Below are positions 12,351 through 24,460 of a stretch of 64,000 nt of DNA, in pieces (positions within the stretch are counted from its first letter, which is position 1; each line of letters opens with the position of its first letter). The position numbers were made by a program, and so were the translations under genes. The notes under the pieces are model-generated. The model saw only the letters and a program-made list of their open reading frames with translations, had not been told where the DNA came from and did no database searches. The stretch lies in contig OX597817.1 of the NCBI GenBank assembly GCA_951406725.2, positions 134,168,001 through 134,232,000 of the forward strand. The letters run 5' to 3'. The DNA is from Octopus vulgaris (lineage: Eukaryota).

Positions 12351-13659
12351 TTCCCCTACTCACTCACATAAAGCAGAATATATTGGAGGACATAGCCCCT
12401 GCTATAGAAAAGGTAGTGGATTGTCATGCCCGGATAAGCTTTGTTCATCAATATGCTGGCGTTTATCTGGGAGTAAACAAAAGTACTTTCATCCACTCCC
12501 TAGCACAACATTACCATCACTTATTTCCTCGATACCTTTAAGGAAATATTCCGTAGAGTTGTCTGGTTTGGGATAGCCTTCTCCCTCCTGAACCCCTTCT
12601 ATTGTAAGGAAAATCTAAAAATGGCCATAATCGGAGACGGGAGGTAGTTGATGACTAGGCAGACGACAAAAAAGCAGTTCAGCCCTGGGCTAAATATATT
12701 TTGTTTAATATTTGGAATGTAAAGATTTTGAAGTCCAGTGAGATCATCTTCATCGTTATCTTGTATCATTCTCATGTCAATAAAATAAAAGCTGACCTTC
12801 TACTAGGCTCCAGTTAACTGATTTGATCTTCCTGCGCACAGATAATTACTGGTATCTATGTATAATTAAATATATCTTAAAGTTATTGCAGCTTTACGTA
12901 TTGTCAATCTGTGCCCTCTTGCAAATATAGTTTTCTAGCAATTTTCCTGTTTCAACATTCTTTTCAGACATTTTTATTGTCCTACTGTTACATGACGACG
13001 TGTCCATCTTGCTTTTCCGTTTCATATTAAACTAATCCATCTCCATTAGTAAATTTATCTCTTTGTGTAACTAACCTCCTTAGTTAGATGTGTTGTAGGA
13101 TGTCATATCTGAATCAGTTTGAGAATTTAGGCGTTTTCCGATGACGGAGAACAACAGCGATTAGCACGTTCACGTTTGAACCTGCCAGGGCATTAAGAAA
13201 GAGTTGACATGTTACCGTTTGGATACTTCATGTTATGCATGCACCTCATAATTTTTCTTTTTCTCAATCCGGCAGATATCAGTAAACATCAGTAAATAAT
13301 TTGTTTTGTTGATTCCAACAAGCAAAGCACGTGCTCTCAAGAAATTCATCGGTTTGGTGGTTTAGCTTTGATTCAAGAGACACACATGAAGATCGAAACA
13401 CCACGGTGTCTCAAAGTTCCCCAATGCCGGTGAATCGACGAAAAACAAAAGTGATTGGACGTTCATATTTGAACCTACCAGAACAGATGAAGAATGACTA
13501 GATTTGTTATGATTTGGATCATCGCTGTTCTGTGTGCTCAGTAAGAATTATTTAGACACGGCTCAATCCTCATAATTTCCAACAGAGGTTCTTCATTCTA
13601 CTTAATCTCCATTTCATAACTCTAAAACTCATTAACGGGGGAACTAATTAAGTACAACA

Positions 13660-13835
13660 TGCTTAGCGGCATTTATTTCGACTTTACATTCGGTGTTCAA
13701 ATGCTGCCGGGTTTGAATTTGTCTTTCATTCTTTCGGAGTCTTTAAAATAAGTATCAGTTGAGCCCTGGAATCAATCTGATTGACTTGTCCCTCTCCTGA
13801 AATTGCTGGCCTTGTGCCAAAATTTGAAATCAATA
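13660..13835 (+). mobile_element. SINE family C, 5'-degenerate
   Basis: GCTTAGCGGCATTT...GTTCAAAT...CTTTCATTCTTTCGGAGTC...GCTGGCCTTGTGCCAAAATTTGAAATC. Confidence 0.75.
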
Positions 13836-14199
13836 AAAAATAAATTGTAATATTTACAATCTTACTTTTTTCTTTATTTTGTTCTTTTTTAAATTCAGCT
13901 TTTTGTTGGACACCTCTATAATACACTATTTTTTATAATTATCTCCTTAGTATGGTCATGTATCTTACCTGCTTCGTCTACTGTTAAATACATGTATGGG
14001 TGATACTACTTTTTTTTTTCTTAAATTTAGCGCCTAAATCAATCTTCATTTTCTACGCGTTAAGTCATTTACTTCTTTTTCCATAGGTGTTACACATTTT
14101 CATATTTTTCTTCTCTCATATTTTTATATCGTTACTGAATCTACCAAACAGCTTTTAGTAGCTGCCCAACTGGTTATTATCTTCTACTGAGAATTATAA

Positions 14200-14800
14200 A
14201 TTATTTAGAGGAGATGATTCATTGTCTTGTCCATAGCATATTTATAACTACTAGCAGTTTGATGGAATGTATGCTTTGGCAGAATTAAAAATGAAGAGAG
14301 ACGACTGTAAGAGGACATGTAATCTCCAGAGAAGATTTTTCTGGTAACACGTACACACTAGGGAAGATTTTTGTGGTTAAATATTAAGTTACTGTACTTT
14401 TCTGATGCGATTAAAAACTCGTAAAATATATCTAGATATGTGTTCTGTTATTTCTGAGATCATACTTAAAAAATAATAATCTACACCGTTATGATATATT
14501 CTCATGTTTGCACAAGCTATCTTGCGTAGGGAGGCCTTGTCAACATTTTGTATACGAAGGGTTTCCTTTAACTCGTTATTTACAGCGTTCAAGTACTTCG
14601 CGTCTGTCGAAGTCTGTAAATTCCTACGACGGCAACAGTATTATTTGCAATTTTTATAATTACAATATGATCGCAGTAACTAAACGGTCATCTTTTGTAC
14701 GATTTTCATCCCAAGCTTGGCGATCACTGTGAAGGCTATGCTTATCTGAGGATATATACCAGTACCGAAATATCTCTGGAGTTGTCGTCCTTACATGCCA
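14200..14800 (-). mobile_element. Very decayed integrase-like remnant (possibly Ginger/KRBA2-type)
   Basis: Minus-strand NLQTSTDAKYLNAVNNELKE weakly resembles ILQSDNGREFVNxVIxELK; many stops. Confidence 0.3.
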
Positions 14801-15387
14801 AACTCCCATTAAATTTATATCAATAATTGAGCAAATGTTTTACTCATTGTATATGTAGAACTAATCATACTCCCTCATCTCTACATTACACACAACAGAA
14901 CTGACAAAACGCTTTCACGTTATCCATGTTGGCTACTATTTATTGGTCATAAACAAATTATGTGTTTATAATTTTGTGGGTAGCTGGTATTTTTGTTTCT
15001 TGGAATAAATATCGTTTTCCCTTCAGTAACACGTGAAGTATTGATTCTGGCCTCTCTGCAGTAATTTCATTAATAGTTTATCAATTGTGGGAGACTTCCA
15101 GTTGCTAACAGTCTTGCTTTTCTCGGTAAATTACCCATTAGTTATTCTTCCTTGTCGTGCCATTGTGTTTTCTAGCATCTCTCATTAATTATCTTCCAAT
15201 TTATATCCACATATTCGCTTGTCTATCTGTCCGCCTGCTTGCCTATCCATCTGACTAACAGGCATACGCAGGCACCATACCCTCTCCCTATCTCATTTAT
15301 ATATATATATATATATATATACACATGTACACACATACATATGCACTATATATATATATATATATATATAGTGTGTGTGTGTATTTT

Positions 15388-15587
15388 TTGTTTCTGTCAG
15401 TTGACTGCGGCCATACTGGAGCACCGCCTTGAACGGTTTTAGTCAAACAAATCGATCCCAGGATTGATTTTAAGCCTAGTACTTTTAGTGAAGCCTGGTA
15501 CTTATATTGGACCCTTTTAGCCGAACCGCTAGGTTACGGAGACTTAAATCCTCCAACACAGGTTGTCAAGCGGTGATGGGGGTACAA

Positions 15588-15630
<43 letters not shown>
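15388..15630 (-). mobile_element. SINE family B, 3' half
   Basis: GACTGCGGCCATACTGGAGCACCGCCTTGAA...GAACCGCTAGGTTACGG...GTTGTCAAGCGGTG. Confidence 0.85.
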
Positions 15631-15632
<2 letters not shown>

Positions 15633-16361
15633 GCTACATCGTGTGTAGGGTTAGATGCACGAGTGCTACTGTTTAATTTAGAGCATCACTTGGCGTATCA
15701 TCCTCTAGTCTTCTTCCTGTATAACGGTGTCGTTACCACTGTCCTTAGTATTATTAGCGGTTGTACAGAGTAAATGTAAGAAAAATTATGACAAATACAA
15801 GCTGCAGCTTATATTGTATGTTCCTTACGGAGGTATCGCCATTGTGATCGTTTGCTTCTTCGTAGTGCAACTGGATGGTGAACCCCAGCAGTTCGTCATA
15901 GGAACCTTCTACAGGATTCATTAGAATATAGACATGACACGTAGGAGGATAGAAATGGTCAGGCACGATAAAATAGGGTTCGCAATGAGATAAAGCAACA
16001 ATGAAGGGGCCATGTGTTGGTAGGATACTTCAGATGTGTAAGTATCAAATGTATTTTAAAATCCTACGTATGTGCATCAGCCTCCCGATGCCCAACCCAG
16101 TGGTGATGGAGAACTTGTATAAAGTACGAATAGAATTGGTTGAAAGTGTTGTCCAAGCATCACACCACTAACTAGGTCTATGGCACAAAACGTAAAGCAA
16201 CTCGTCTCTGTCGCGTGTCTTCACTTTTGATAGGACAATCAATCCAAACGCATTGGCTTAATAGCACCAACGTCGATATTGTGCAAACCATAATTTATGT
16301 ATTTCATACCTCATTTGAATAAGATACAAATATGTCACTAACCACACATACACACAAACAC

Positions 16362-16429
<68 letters not shown>

Positions 16430-16453
16430 TGCACAAAACGAACGCAAACTTTA

Positions 16454-16885
16454 ATGTCCGGTCACTCAAGAGTTTATCTGGATGGTCGTTTAAATGCTGC
16501 ACGATACATCGATATGTTGGGCGGGGTTCACATTGTCGAAGAAAAAAGAAGGCTCAGTGGCGATAACTTCATATATCAACAGATCGAATGTCCCATTCAT
16601 AAAACGAAGGCAGTTTTGGATTTCCTCCATGCAAATGGGATTGAAGTTATGCCATAGCCAGCAAGAAGTCCCGACCTTAATCGTTTAGAGAATGCCTGAG
16701 GATATCGCCCGAATGTTGTGCACAGCGAAGACAAGCGGTATTCACCTGTTGATGAACAATATCAAACGGCAATAAAGAACGCCTGGGGAAGCGATTCCAC
16801 TTGATCTGCCGCAGAAGTTAACTGGAAGCACGAAATGGCGTGTCTTTAAAGTAATTCAGAAAGGAGGGGGTCAGACACACTACTG
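16454..16885 (+). pseudogene. Tc1-like DDE transposase, C-terminal fragment
   Basis: LNAARYIDML...FIYQQIECPIHK...EVMP*PARSPDLNRLENA* (WPxxSPDLNPIENxW motif), ending FKVIQKGGGQTHY; stops and frameshifts. Confidence 0.85.
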
Positions 16886-18546
16886 TTGACGTCTTTGTAT
16901 GAGGAGTGCAAACACCTTGGTATCCCTGCTTGCTTGAAGACATCTTTGTTGGTGACACGATTCTGCCATTTGCTGCCAAGGATTTTCCGGAGACAGCGCA
17001 GGTAAAAGATATTTAGGTGACGCTCTTGGCGTGTGCATGGTGTCCAGGTCTCACTGCCATACAGTAGAGTGCTAAGTACACATGCCTGGTAAATCTTCAT
17101 TTTTGTGGTTTTGGTCAGCTTATTGTTGTCCCATGCCCGTTTGGAGAATTAGGCCATCGCAGCACCTGACTTGCCAATGCGTATATTGAGCTCGGCATCA
17201 AGGGATAGGTTGTAGGTGACGGTAGAGCCAAGATAAGTAAACCTCTCCACCTCCTGTAGTCTGTGGTCTCCAATATGTATGTTTGGGTTGTCCGATATAG
17301 TCTGACCCATGATGTTGGTCTTCTTGAGGCTGATAACTAAGTTAAAGTCACGACATGCTTGCTCAAAGCAGTTGATGAGCCTTTTCAGGGCTTCTTCTGT
17401 GTGTGATACCAGAGCAGCAGCAGCAGCAAATAGCATCTCCTTGATCAGGACGCTTCTGATTTTAGTACTGACACGCAGACGCGAGAGATTGAACAGTTTC
17501 CCATCACTTCTACTGTGCAGAAACACTCCATCATCTGATGTCTCAAAGGCATGTGACAGCAGCAGCGAGAAGATGCCAAATTATGTAGGAGCAAGGACAC
17601 AACCTTGCTTTACCCCATTTTTTTATTTGGAAGGCGGCTGATGTTGAACCATTGTGCTGTATGGTGCCTTGCATATCATCATGGAAAGATTTGATGATCC
17701 TCAGCAGCTTTGGTGGACCTCCGATTTTTTGGAGCAGGATGAAGTGGCCTTTTCTACTAACCAACACAAAGGCCTTTGTCAGATCAATGAAGGCCATATA
17801 TAATGGCATTTCCTGCTCCCTGGACTTCTCCTGAAGTTGACGTATAGAGAATATCATGTCAATAGTTGATCTGCTTCTTCTACAGCCACACTGCGATTCT
17901 GGATAAATTCGAGAAGCAAGCAGTTGTAGCCTGGACAAGATAACGCGAGCAAAGGTCTTTCCAACGGTGCATTGAAGAGATATTCCACGGCAATTGTTAC
18001 AATCACCACGGTCACTTTTGTTTTTGTAAAGGGTAATGATGTTAGCATCCTGCATATCCTGAGTGACTGTACCCTTTTCCCAGCTCTGACACAGAAGCTC
18101 ATGAAGGTGCTGAAGCAGAGCGGTGTTTTTGCCGGCTTTGATGATCTGTGAGGGGATGCTGATTTTTCTCGGAGCCTTGTTACTTGCTAGGGAGTCAATA
18201 GCCTTGGTGAGCTCTGGCATGGACGACAGACTGTCAAGTTTGCACATGGCTGACAAGACCTCGACACCCTTCGATTGCAGCTTCAGCAACCATGGTCTCC
18301 CGTGAGTAGAGATCCTGGTAGTACTCCATCCATCTATCCATTTGCTTGCTTTGGTCTTTGATGAGATCTTCAGTAGTTGATTTCAGAGGGGCTAACTTGG
18401 TTGCGGATGGACCGAAGGCTATTCTTCAAACCTGTTGTCGCCACTGTCAGCAGCTGACTGGATACTCTGACAAATTTCCTGCCAATACATATTTGCACAG
18501 CATCTGGCAGTCAGTTGGGTTTTATTACTTGCCTTTCTGAGTTCTT
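16886..18546 (-). mobile_element. RTE-clade (BovB-like) LINE, RT region, frameshifted and 3'-truncated
   Basis: ORF pieces with IITLYKNKSDRGDCNNCRGISL, PESQCG, STIDMIF, AFIDLTKAF, decayed LFADD (LFAAAA), FTYLGS, IYQACVLSTLLYGSETW; starts in linker LRKASNKTQLTARCCAN. Confidence 0.95.
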
Positions 18547-18560
18547 AGAGTAACTTTGTA

Positions 18561-19076
18561 GGAGACAACCTTCAAAGAAATCCGGAGTGGAGCCCCGTTG
18601 GCGGTTTACTGTTCGACTCGACACTCTTCCGGCAGCTCCTGCAACCAAGCTGGTACCAAATGTAATGCTCTACACTCCTTTGGACGTCAGCAAGGTCGAG
18701 AGAGGAATCCTGCCGATTGGACTACCCAGGATTTTCTTACATCTATTTCAGGCCTGCACAAAACTGGGGAGGACACTTCTGTGCTGCTGTAAAAAGTGGT
18801 AGAAAAATCATTGAGGTAGTAGTCACGAGTGGTAAATCCATTCTTATTGGCGTAGGATACAGGCGCTACGGGTTACCTCTGGAAATGGGAGGGACCCTCG
18901 TGTTCCACTGGTTAGTTACTGCCCACCTCAAGCTGGGCAGCCCCCGGTAACTAAGTGCTGGGCTCTCAGAATTGGAACCAGTTATCGAAGCAAAGCGCGC
19001 AGCTTTGATGCGATACAAAAGGGATTCTTCTAGGAAGTCATTCGAAGAACTCAGAAAGGCAAGAAATAAAACCCAA
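18561..19076 (+). mobile_element. Inverted 5' segment of the same RTE (5'UTR fused to linker, endonuclease absent)
   Basis: 18957-19076 translates on + as AGLSELEPVIEAKRAALMRYKRDSSRKSFEELRKARNKTQ; 19045-19076 is an inverted copy (31/32) of 18515-18546; 18561-18960 resembles recalled RTE 5'UTRs. Confidence 0.85.
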
Positions 19077-19239
19077 TATATCCGTGTACATTGCAACTTT
19101 TTATCAACTTTTCTACCTCTTTAGCTATTTGTTCCACTATTAACTAACCTATTTATGTATACCTACACAGGTAATACGTCTTCTATATCTGAAATGATAT
19201 ATGCTCTTTATAAATCTGTATCTAAAAAGAAGTCATACT

Positions 19240-19560
19240 TATATTGGGTTTGAGTTCGCTGATGAGGCTGTTGCCATATTCTTGACGTTGACAAACAATC
19301 ATTGATTTGTCACTTTTGATTTTACATTGATTGAACACTCAACTTATTGCCTCACTAATTACAGTATTTAAGAAATTTCTAGAACATCTGACGCCTTTAA
19401 TGTTTAAACGACGTGTTTCTCCCTTTAATCGTAGGAAGGTAATCTGTTTGCAATTTCTTTGACTATTTTGTTTTAGATAAAGTTTTCAACTAAATTTCTT
19501 GATTGAAAAGTCTGTTTTGAGAGAAGATGGAACACTCGAACGCTGGTAGCATCATATTTG
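19240..19560 (-). mobile_element. Penelope-like GIY-YIG C-terminal remnant
   Basis: Minus-strand GETRRL and RQRQEYGNSLISELKPNI, like PLE GET...FIxxxKPxLN. Confidence 0.4.
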
Positions 19561-19639
19561 TTCAACTTGTATTTAATCGTTTGGCCAAAATCTCTCCATC
19601 TGCCTTAAATGTGCTTCTGTTAATATCACTTCATGGTTG

Positions 19640-19835
19640 TGTGTTATATGTGTCTTCCAACTGCTTGGCAACTGGCGTTGGTTTATTTACTTCCAGTGGC
19701 CTAGTGTTTCGATAAAAGAGACTGGCAGTACCAGGCTCAAATGAGTACTGGGACTGCTTTCTTCGAATAAAACCCCTTCAAGTCGGTGCTCCTGCATGGC
19801 CTGCAGTTCCATGATGGAAACAAATAGCAGTAGAG
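19640..19835 (+). mobile_element. SINE family B, 3' half
   Basis: CAACTGGCGTTGGTTTATTTAC...GGTGCTCCTGCATGGCCTGCAG. Confidence 0.7.
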
Positions 19836-20179
19836 AATACAATTATCTATACCACTTCGCCTGAGTCAATAGAAGGTTATCAGATGATCAATCGTGACCG
19901 TAGTCATCGATCTATTGGTGATCTGTTCACTTCTCTTTAAGAGGTTTCACAACAACTGTGACAGCGTTCATGCCTTATCCAAAGAGGTTGGCGATGTAAA
20001 ACGGTTTGGTGCCAGGAACTGATCCCACTTCGGTGGGTGTTGATACTTTAGCATAAAGTGCACACCAATTTTGCGAGTCGTGAAAGTTAGATTTTCATAT
20101 TTCGTACTTAAGATTGAGAAATGGCTGACAGTTTGATTGGAGACTAGATAATATAATATCAATATATCGATATCATATA

Positions 20180-20232
<53 letters not shown>

Positions 20233-20238
20233 GTAATA
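20180..20238. repeat. (TAA)n microsatellite
   Basis: Seen directly. Confidence 0.95.
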
Positions 20239-20367
20239 AGATATCAGTAAATCATTTCAAGAATTCCAATTTATTGCTATGTTGGATGAAGTGTAAGATA
20301 TATAACCTACATCTGTATACGCAGCAGATCATTGTCTCCGCGGTAGTATTCGGAGTAAATGATATTA

Positions 20368-20522
20368 GTGGCTGTGTGGTAAGTAGCTTGATTACCAACC
20401 ACATGGTTCCGGGTTCAGTCCCAGTGCGTGGCACCTTGGGCAAGTGTCTTCTACTATATCCTCGGGCCGACCAAAGCCTTGTGAGTGAATATGGTAGACG
20501 GAAACTGGAAGAAACCCGTCGT

Positions 20523-20569
<47 letters not shown>

Positions 20570-20827
20570 GTGTGTGTGTGTGTATGTATGTGTGTGTATA
20601 TGTGCGTGTGTATATGTGCGTGTGTATATGTATATTTTTCTGTCTGTCTCCCCACCATTGCTTGACAACTAATGTTGTTGTGTTTACATCCCTGTAACTT
20701 AGCGGTTCGGCATAGGTGACCAATAGAATAAGTACTAGGCTTACAAAGAATAAGTCCTGGAATCGATTTGCTCTGCTGAAGGCGGTGCTCCAGCATGACC
20801 GCAGTCAAATGACTGAAAAAATTAAAA

Positions 20828-20829
<2 letters not shown>
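20368..20829 (+). mobile_element. SINE family B, near full length
   Basis: GTGGCTGTGTGGTAAG (A box), GGTTCAGTCCC (B-box-like), internal (TA)/(TG)n, tail GCAGTCAAATGACTGAAA. Confidence 0.92.
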
Positions 20830-20890
<61 letters not shown>

Positions 20891-20987
20891 CACTCACGAC
20901 ATCCCTTCTAACTAATATAGCCTATAATAACTTTATAATGTGAATGATAAGGATTGATAATGATAACAAAAATAACAATGATAATAC

Positions 20988-21667
20988 TGGTTTCAAATTT
21001 TGGCACAAGGCCAGCAACTTTGGCAGAGGGATTAAACCGATTCCATCGACCCCCAGTAAACAACTGGTACTTATCTTATCGACCGGAAAAGGATAGAAGG
21101 TAAAGGTGACCCCTCAGAGGAATTTGGACTTGGAACGTAAAGACAGATGAAATGCCACTAAGTAAAGGCATTCTGCCAGTTCACCATCTTAATAATAATA
21201 ATAATATTAATAATAATCCATTCTGCTATAGGCACAAAGCCTGGAATTTGGTGGGAGAGGGGCTACTCGATTACATCGTCGCCTAGTACTTAATTTTTGA
21301 ACCCCGAAAGGATGAAAGGCAAAGTTGACCTCGGTGGAATTTGAACTCAGAACGCAGCGATGGGCGAAATTTCACTTGGCATTTTGCCCAGTATGCTAAT
21401 GATTCTGCCAACGCGCCGCTTTAACAACAGCAACAATAATAATAATAATCCTTTCTACTATTAAAACAAGGCCTGAAATTTGTGGGGAAGGAGCCAGTCT
21501 ATTAGATCGATCCCAGTACTCAACTGGTACTTAATTTATCGATCCCCAAAGGATGAAAGACAAAGTCAACCTCGCTCGGTGGAATTTGAACTCAGATCTG
21601 AGCGACGGGTGAAATATCGCTAAGCATTTCGTTCAGCGTGCTAACGATTCTGCCAGCTCGTCGCCTT
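20988..21667 (-). mobile_element. Three tandem SINE family C copies separated by (TAA)n
   Basis: Units ~20988-21190, 21218-21421, 21450-21667; minus-strand head AAGGCGRCGAGCTGGCAGAATCGTTAGC, B box GAGTTCAAATTCC, central TTTCATCCTTT.GGGG.TCGATAAA. Confidence 0.9.
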
Positions 21668-22730
21668 GGGCTGATTAGCATACGAGAGTGGATCAACAGT
21701 GAAAGAAGAAACCTGGCAGACTATTTGTTAAACAGCAAACAAGACTAGCAAAAGCATGCTGCTAGTGTAGGAGTTAACAGATATAGACTTGAGAGTTCTC
21801 ATGAATTCCAATCGAGAACAGTCTACAAGCGAGAAGAAACCCTACTCTGTATGGAATTACATGGTCAGTTCAACTGTGAAACCAACAAATTAAAAGACCA
21901 GGAAGCATCATGGCGGTGGTTCAACAAGGGTGGCCTAAAAAGGAATATTGAAAGCCTAACCGTCGCTGCTCAGAACCAGGCATTGAATACCAATTCGGTG
22001 AAGAAGAATATATACCACACGAGTGCATCGGACCTCTGCAGAATATGTGGGAAGAGAGTCAAAAGTGTGACTCACATTGTTAGTGCTTGCGCAGAAAGAG
22101 TACAAGCGTAGACACGATACCGTAGCCCCAAAACCTCTACTAGCTACTATGCCGTAAGTATGCTTATGTGGTTACGGGTACTTGGTACCAACATACCCCA
22201 GAAAATGTAATGGACGAAAAGGAGAAGGCAAAAATTGTCTGGGACTTTGATTTCCAGACAGACAAAGTGTTAGAGCACCGAAGGCCGGGTATAGCAACCT
22301 TTAGGAGGGACAAACAAGAGTGCTTAATAATAGTCGTGGCAGTGCCAGGAGATCAACATATCATCATGAAAGAAAGAGAAATGGTTGATAAATATGGAGA
22401 CCTGAGAATTAAGATTGCTAAGATGTGGCAGCTACGAGAGTCAAACATAAAGGTTATCCCTATTGTCATCGGAGCATTGAGTTCAATATGACCCAATCTG
22501 AAAAAAGAAACAAACTTCTGAAAACCTTAGAAATACCCTACAATCTAGGTGTATTACTAAAGTCGGCATTACTTGGAATTGCACGTATATGGCGTAAAGT
22601 ACTGTCTGTCTGAAGTCCTTGTTGTGGATTGACAAACCCCCAGTAGATACAATATCTTCAACCAACAACCTCACGATATTTTATACTGTGCGACATCTAT
22701 AATAATAACAATAATAATAATAATAATAAT
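21668..22730 (+). mobile_element. R4/Dong-like non-LTR retrotransposon, 5'-truncated, with CCHC finger and RLE
   Basis: LHGQF, SWRW, AAQNQAL, CRICG..VTHIVSAC, IVWDFDFQTDK..HRRPG (decayed RPD), IIVVAVPGD, KYGDL, IPIVIGAL; ends in (TAA)n. Confidence 0.92.
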
Positions 22731-22947
22731 CTTTTCTACAAAAGGCACGAAACTTGAAATTTGGGGAGAGGGGGTGCCTAGTCGATTACATCGACCCCAG
22801 TGTTTCACTGGTACTTAATCTACCAACCCTGAAAGGATGAAAAGGAAAGTTGGCCTCGGCGGAATTTGAACTCAGAACGTAGCGACAGGCGAAATACCGG
22901 TAAGCATTTCGCCTGGCGTGCTAACGATTCTACCAGCACGCCGCCTT
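22731..22947 (-). mobile_element. SINE family C
   Basis: Full unit flanked by (TAA)n and (TAC)n/(TAA)n. Confidence 0.9.
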
Positions 22948-22975
22948 ACTACTACTACTACTATTACTAATGATG

Positions 22976-23040
<65 letters not shown>
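22948..23040. repeat. (TAC)n/(TAA)n microsatellite
   Basis: Seen directly. Confidence 0.95.
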
Positions 23041-23042
<2 letters not shown>

Positions 23043-23331
23043 GATGTAAACTATATAATGACTACACGACAATTGGTCACATGACTGGTTACACACTTTA
23101 TGCTGGAATTATCTCTTTCATCTCCATGTGACGATATAAGTAGTGATATAAACATGTGGCTACAGTAATCCAGGTCATGAATATGGCGACACTGACGAAA
23201 ATGTCTTCGGCAATCATTCCTACATTATCATCATGACTTGCAGTCAAATGTCTACTACATCGATCACTTGTGACGAAAACATTGGAATTAGGGGAAACAT
23301 CTATTGAGATGAAAGGCTCTTGAAATACTGG

Positions 23332-23705
23332 CCTGGCTGTGTGGTAAGAAACTTGCTTCCCAATAGCATGTTTCCTGGTTCAGTCCCACTGCGTAGCACC
23401 TTGGGCAAGAACCTTCTACTATAGAGTTTGGCTGACCGAAGCCTTGTGAGTGAATTTGGTAGGCAGAAAGTGAAATAAATCCATCGTATATAAGCTAAGT
23501 GCGTGTATGTCCGTGTGTCTCCCATCATCTCTTGACAACTGCGTTGATGTGTTTACGTTCCCGTAACATTAGCGATTCGGCAACTAGAGGCGGATAGATT
23601 AAGCTACCAGTCCCGAATGAACACAAGTACTGGGATCAGTTCATCCAACTAAAGATTCTCAAAGGAGAGGCAACAGTTTAAGAGCTGAAACCAGGAAAAG
23701 ATAAA
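23332..23705 (+). mobile_element. SINE family B
   Basis: TGGCTGTGTGGTAAGAAACTTGCTTCCC...GGTTCAGTCCCACTGCG...CCTTGGGCAAG. Confidence 0.85.
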
Positions 23706-24254
23706 ATATACCATGTTTAATGGCATATAACATGCAACATTGTTTCAAAGGTCAACCCGGGTCCTATATGCGAAGTTGAGTCACAATAACAACAAAATTA
23801 TCCTTTAATGCTCTAGAAAGGATTTCTTGACCATGTGCTGCTGAACGTGGAGTACATCTAATATATCCGGCAAGTAGAAAGAGGAGAATCAAAATGAAAC
23901 TACTAATTATAATTGTAATAGTGGGCATGGATGGACTGCCATTTGTAACATTGCCTTGACACAAGAAGGTGTCTCATTTTGACACAGTTCAACAATTGCC
24001 CTACTTTTACATTTTAAAACCAATATCACAACTGTTTCAGTTGATGCTCTCTACATTACACACAACAAACGTTCCTCTACAATTGGCAATCAATGTGTAT
24101 CACAAAAGACGTTACTTGGTGAACAATACAATATATAAAATCCCACAAAATAAATACCCCGCCCAAAAAAATATGATCTTAAAGATCAACACCCCAACTT
24201 ATAACACGTGACAAAAATCACAAACTACGTTGTCCTTATAATTAATAGTATTAA

Positions 24255-24460
24255 GTCAGCGAGCAGGCAGAAACGTTAGCACACTTGACAAAAGGCCTAA
24301 CAGCCTTTCATCCACCTTCACGTTCTGAATTCATATTCCGCCAATGACGACATTGCTTTTCGTCCTTTCGGGGGCCACTCAAGCACAAGAGCCGACGTTA
24401 CTAACTTATACCTTCCCCCAAAATGTCAGGACTTGCGCCTATATCAGAAAGGATTATTAT
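24255..24460 (+). mobile_element. SINE family C
   Basis: GCGAGCAGGCAGAAACGTTAGC head to GCCTATATCAGAAAGGATTATTATT tail. Confidence 0.8.

Noticed and set aside
18547-18600. HDV-like ribozyme expected at the RTE 5' end
   Set aside because: No nested double pseudoknot found; the segment appears to start downstream of it.
20252-20889. Overlapping 130-165 aa ORFs with paralog-like matches at 8180, 33431 and 47432
   Set aside because: All are read-throughs of SINE family B copies.
20988-21667. CRISPR-like repeat-spacer array
   Set aside because: Units are ~200-bp diverged SINEs with microsatellite spacers; eukaryotic context and no cas genes.
23760-24240. AC-rich stretch as a possible NUMT or host exon
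   Set aside because: No mitochondrial gene motif recognised; it shares a ~20-mer with ~14879 and has weak integrase zinc-finger similarity, so a decayed TE is more likely.
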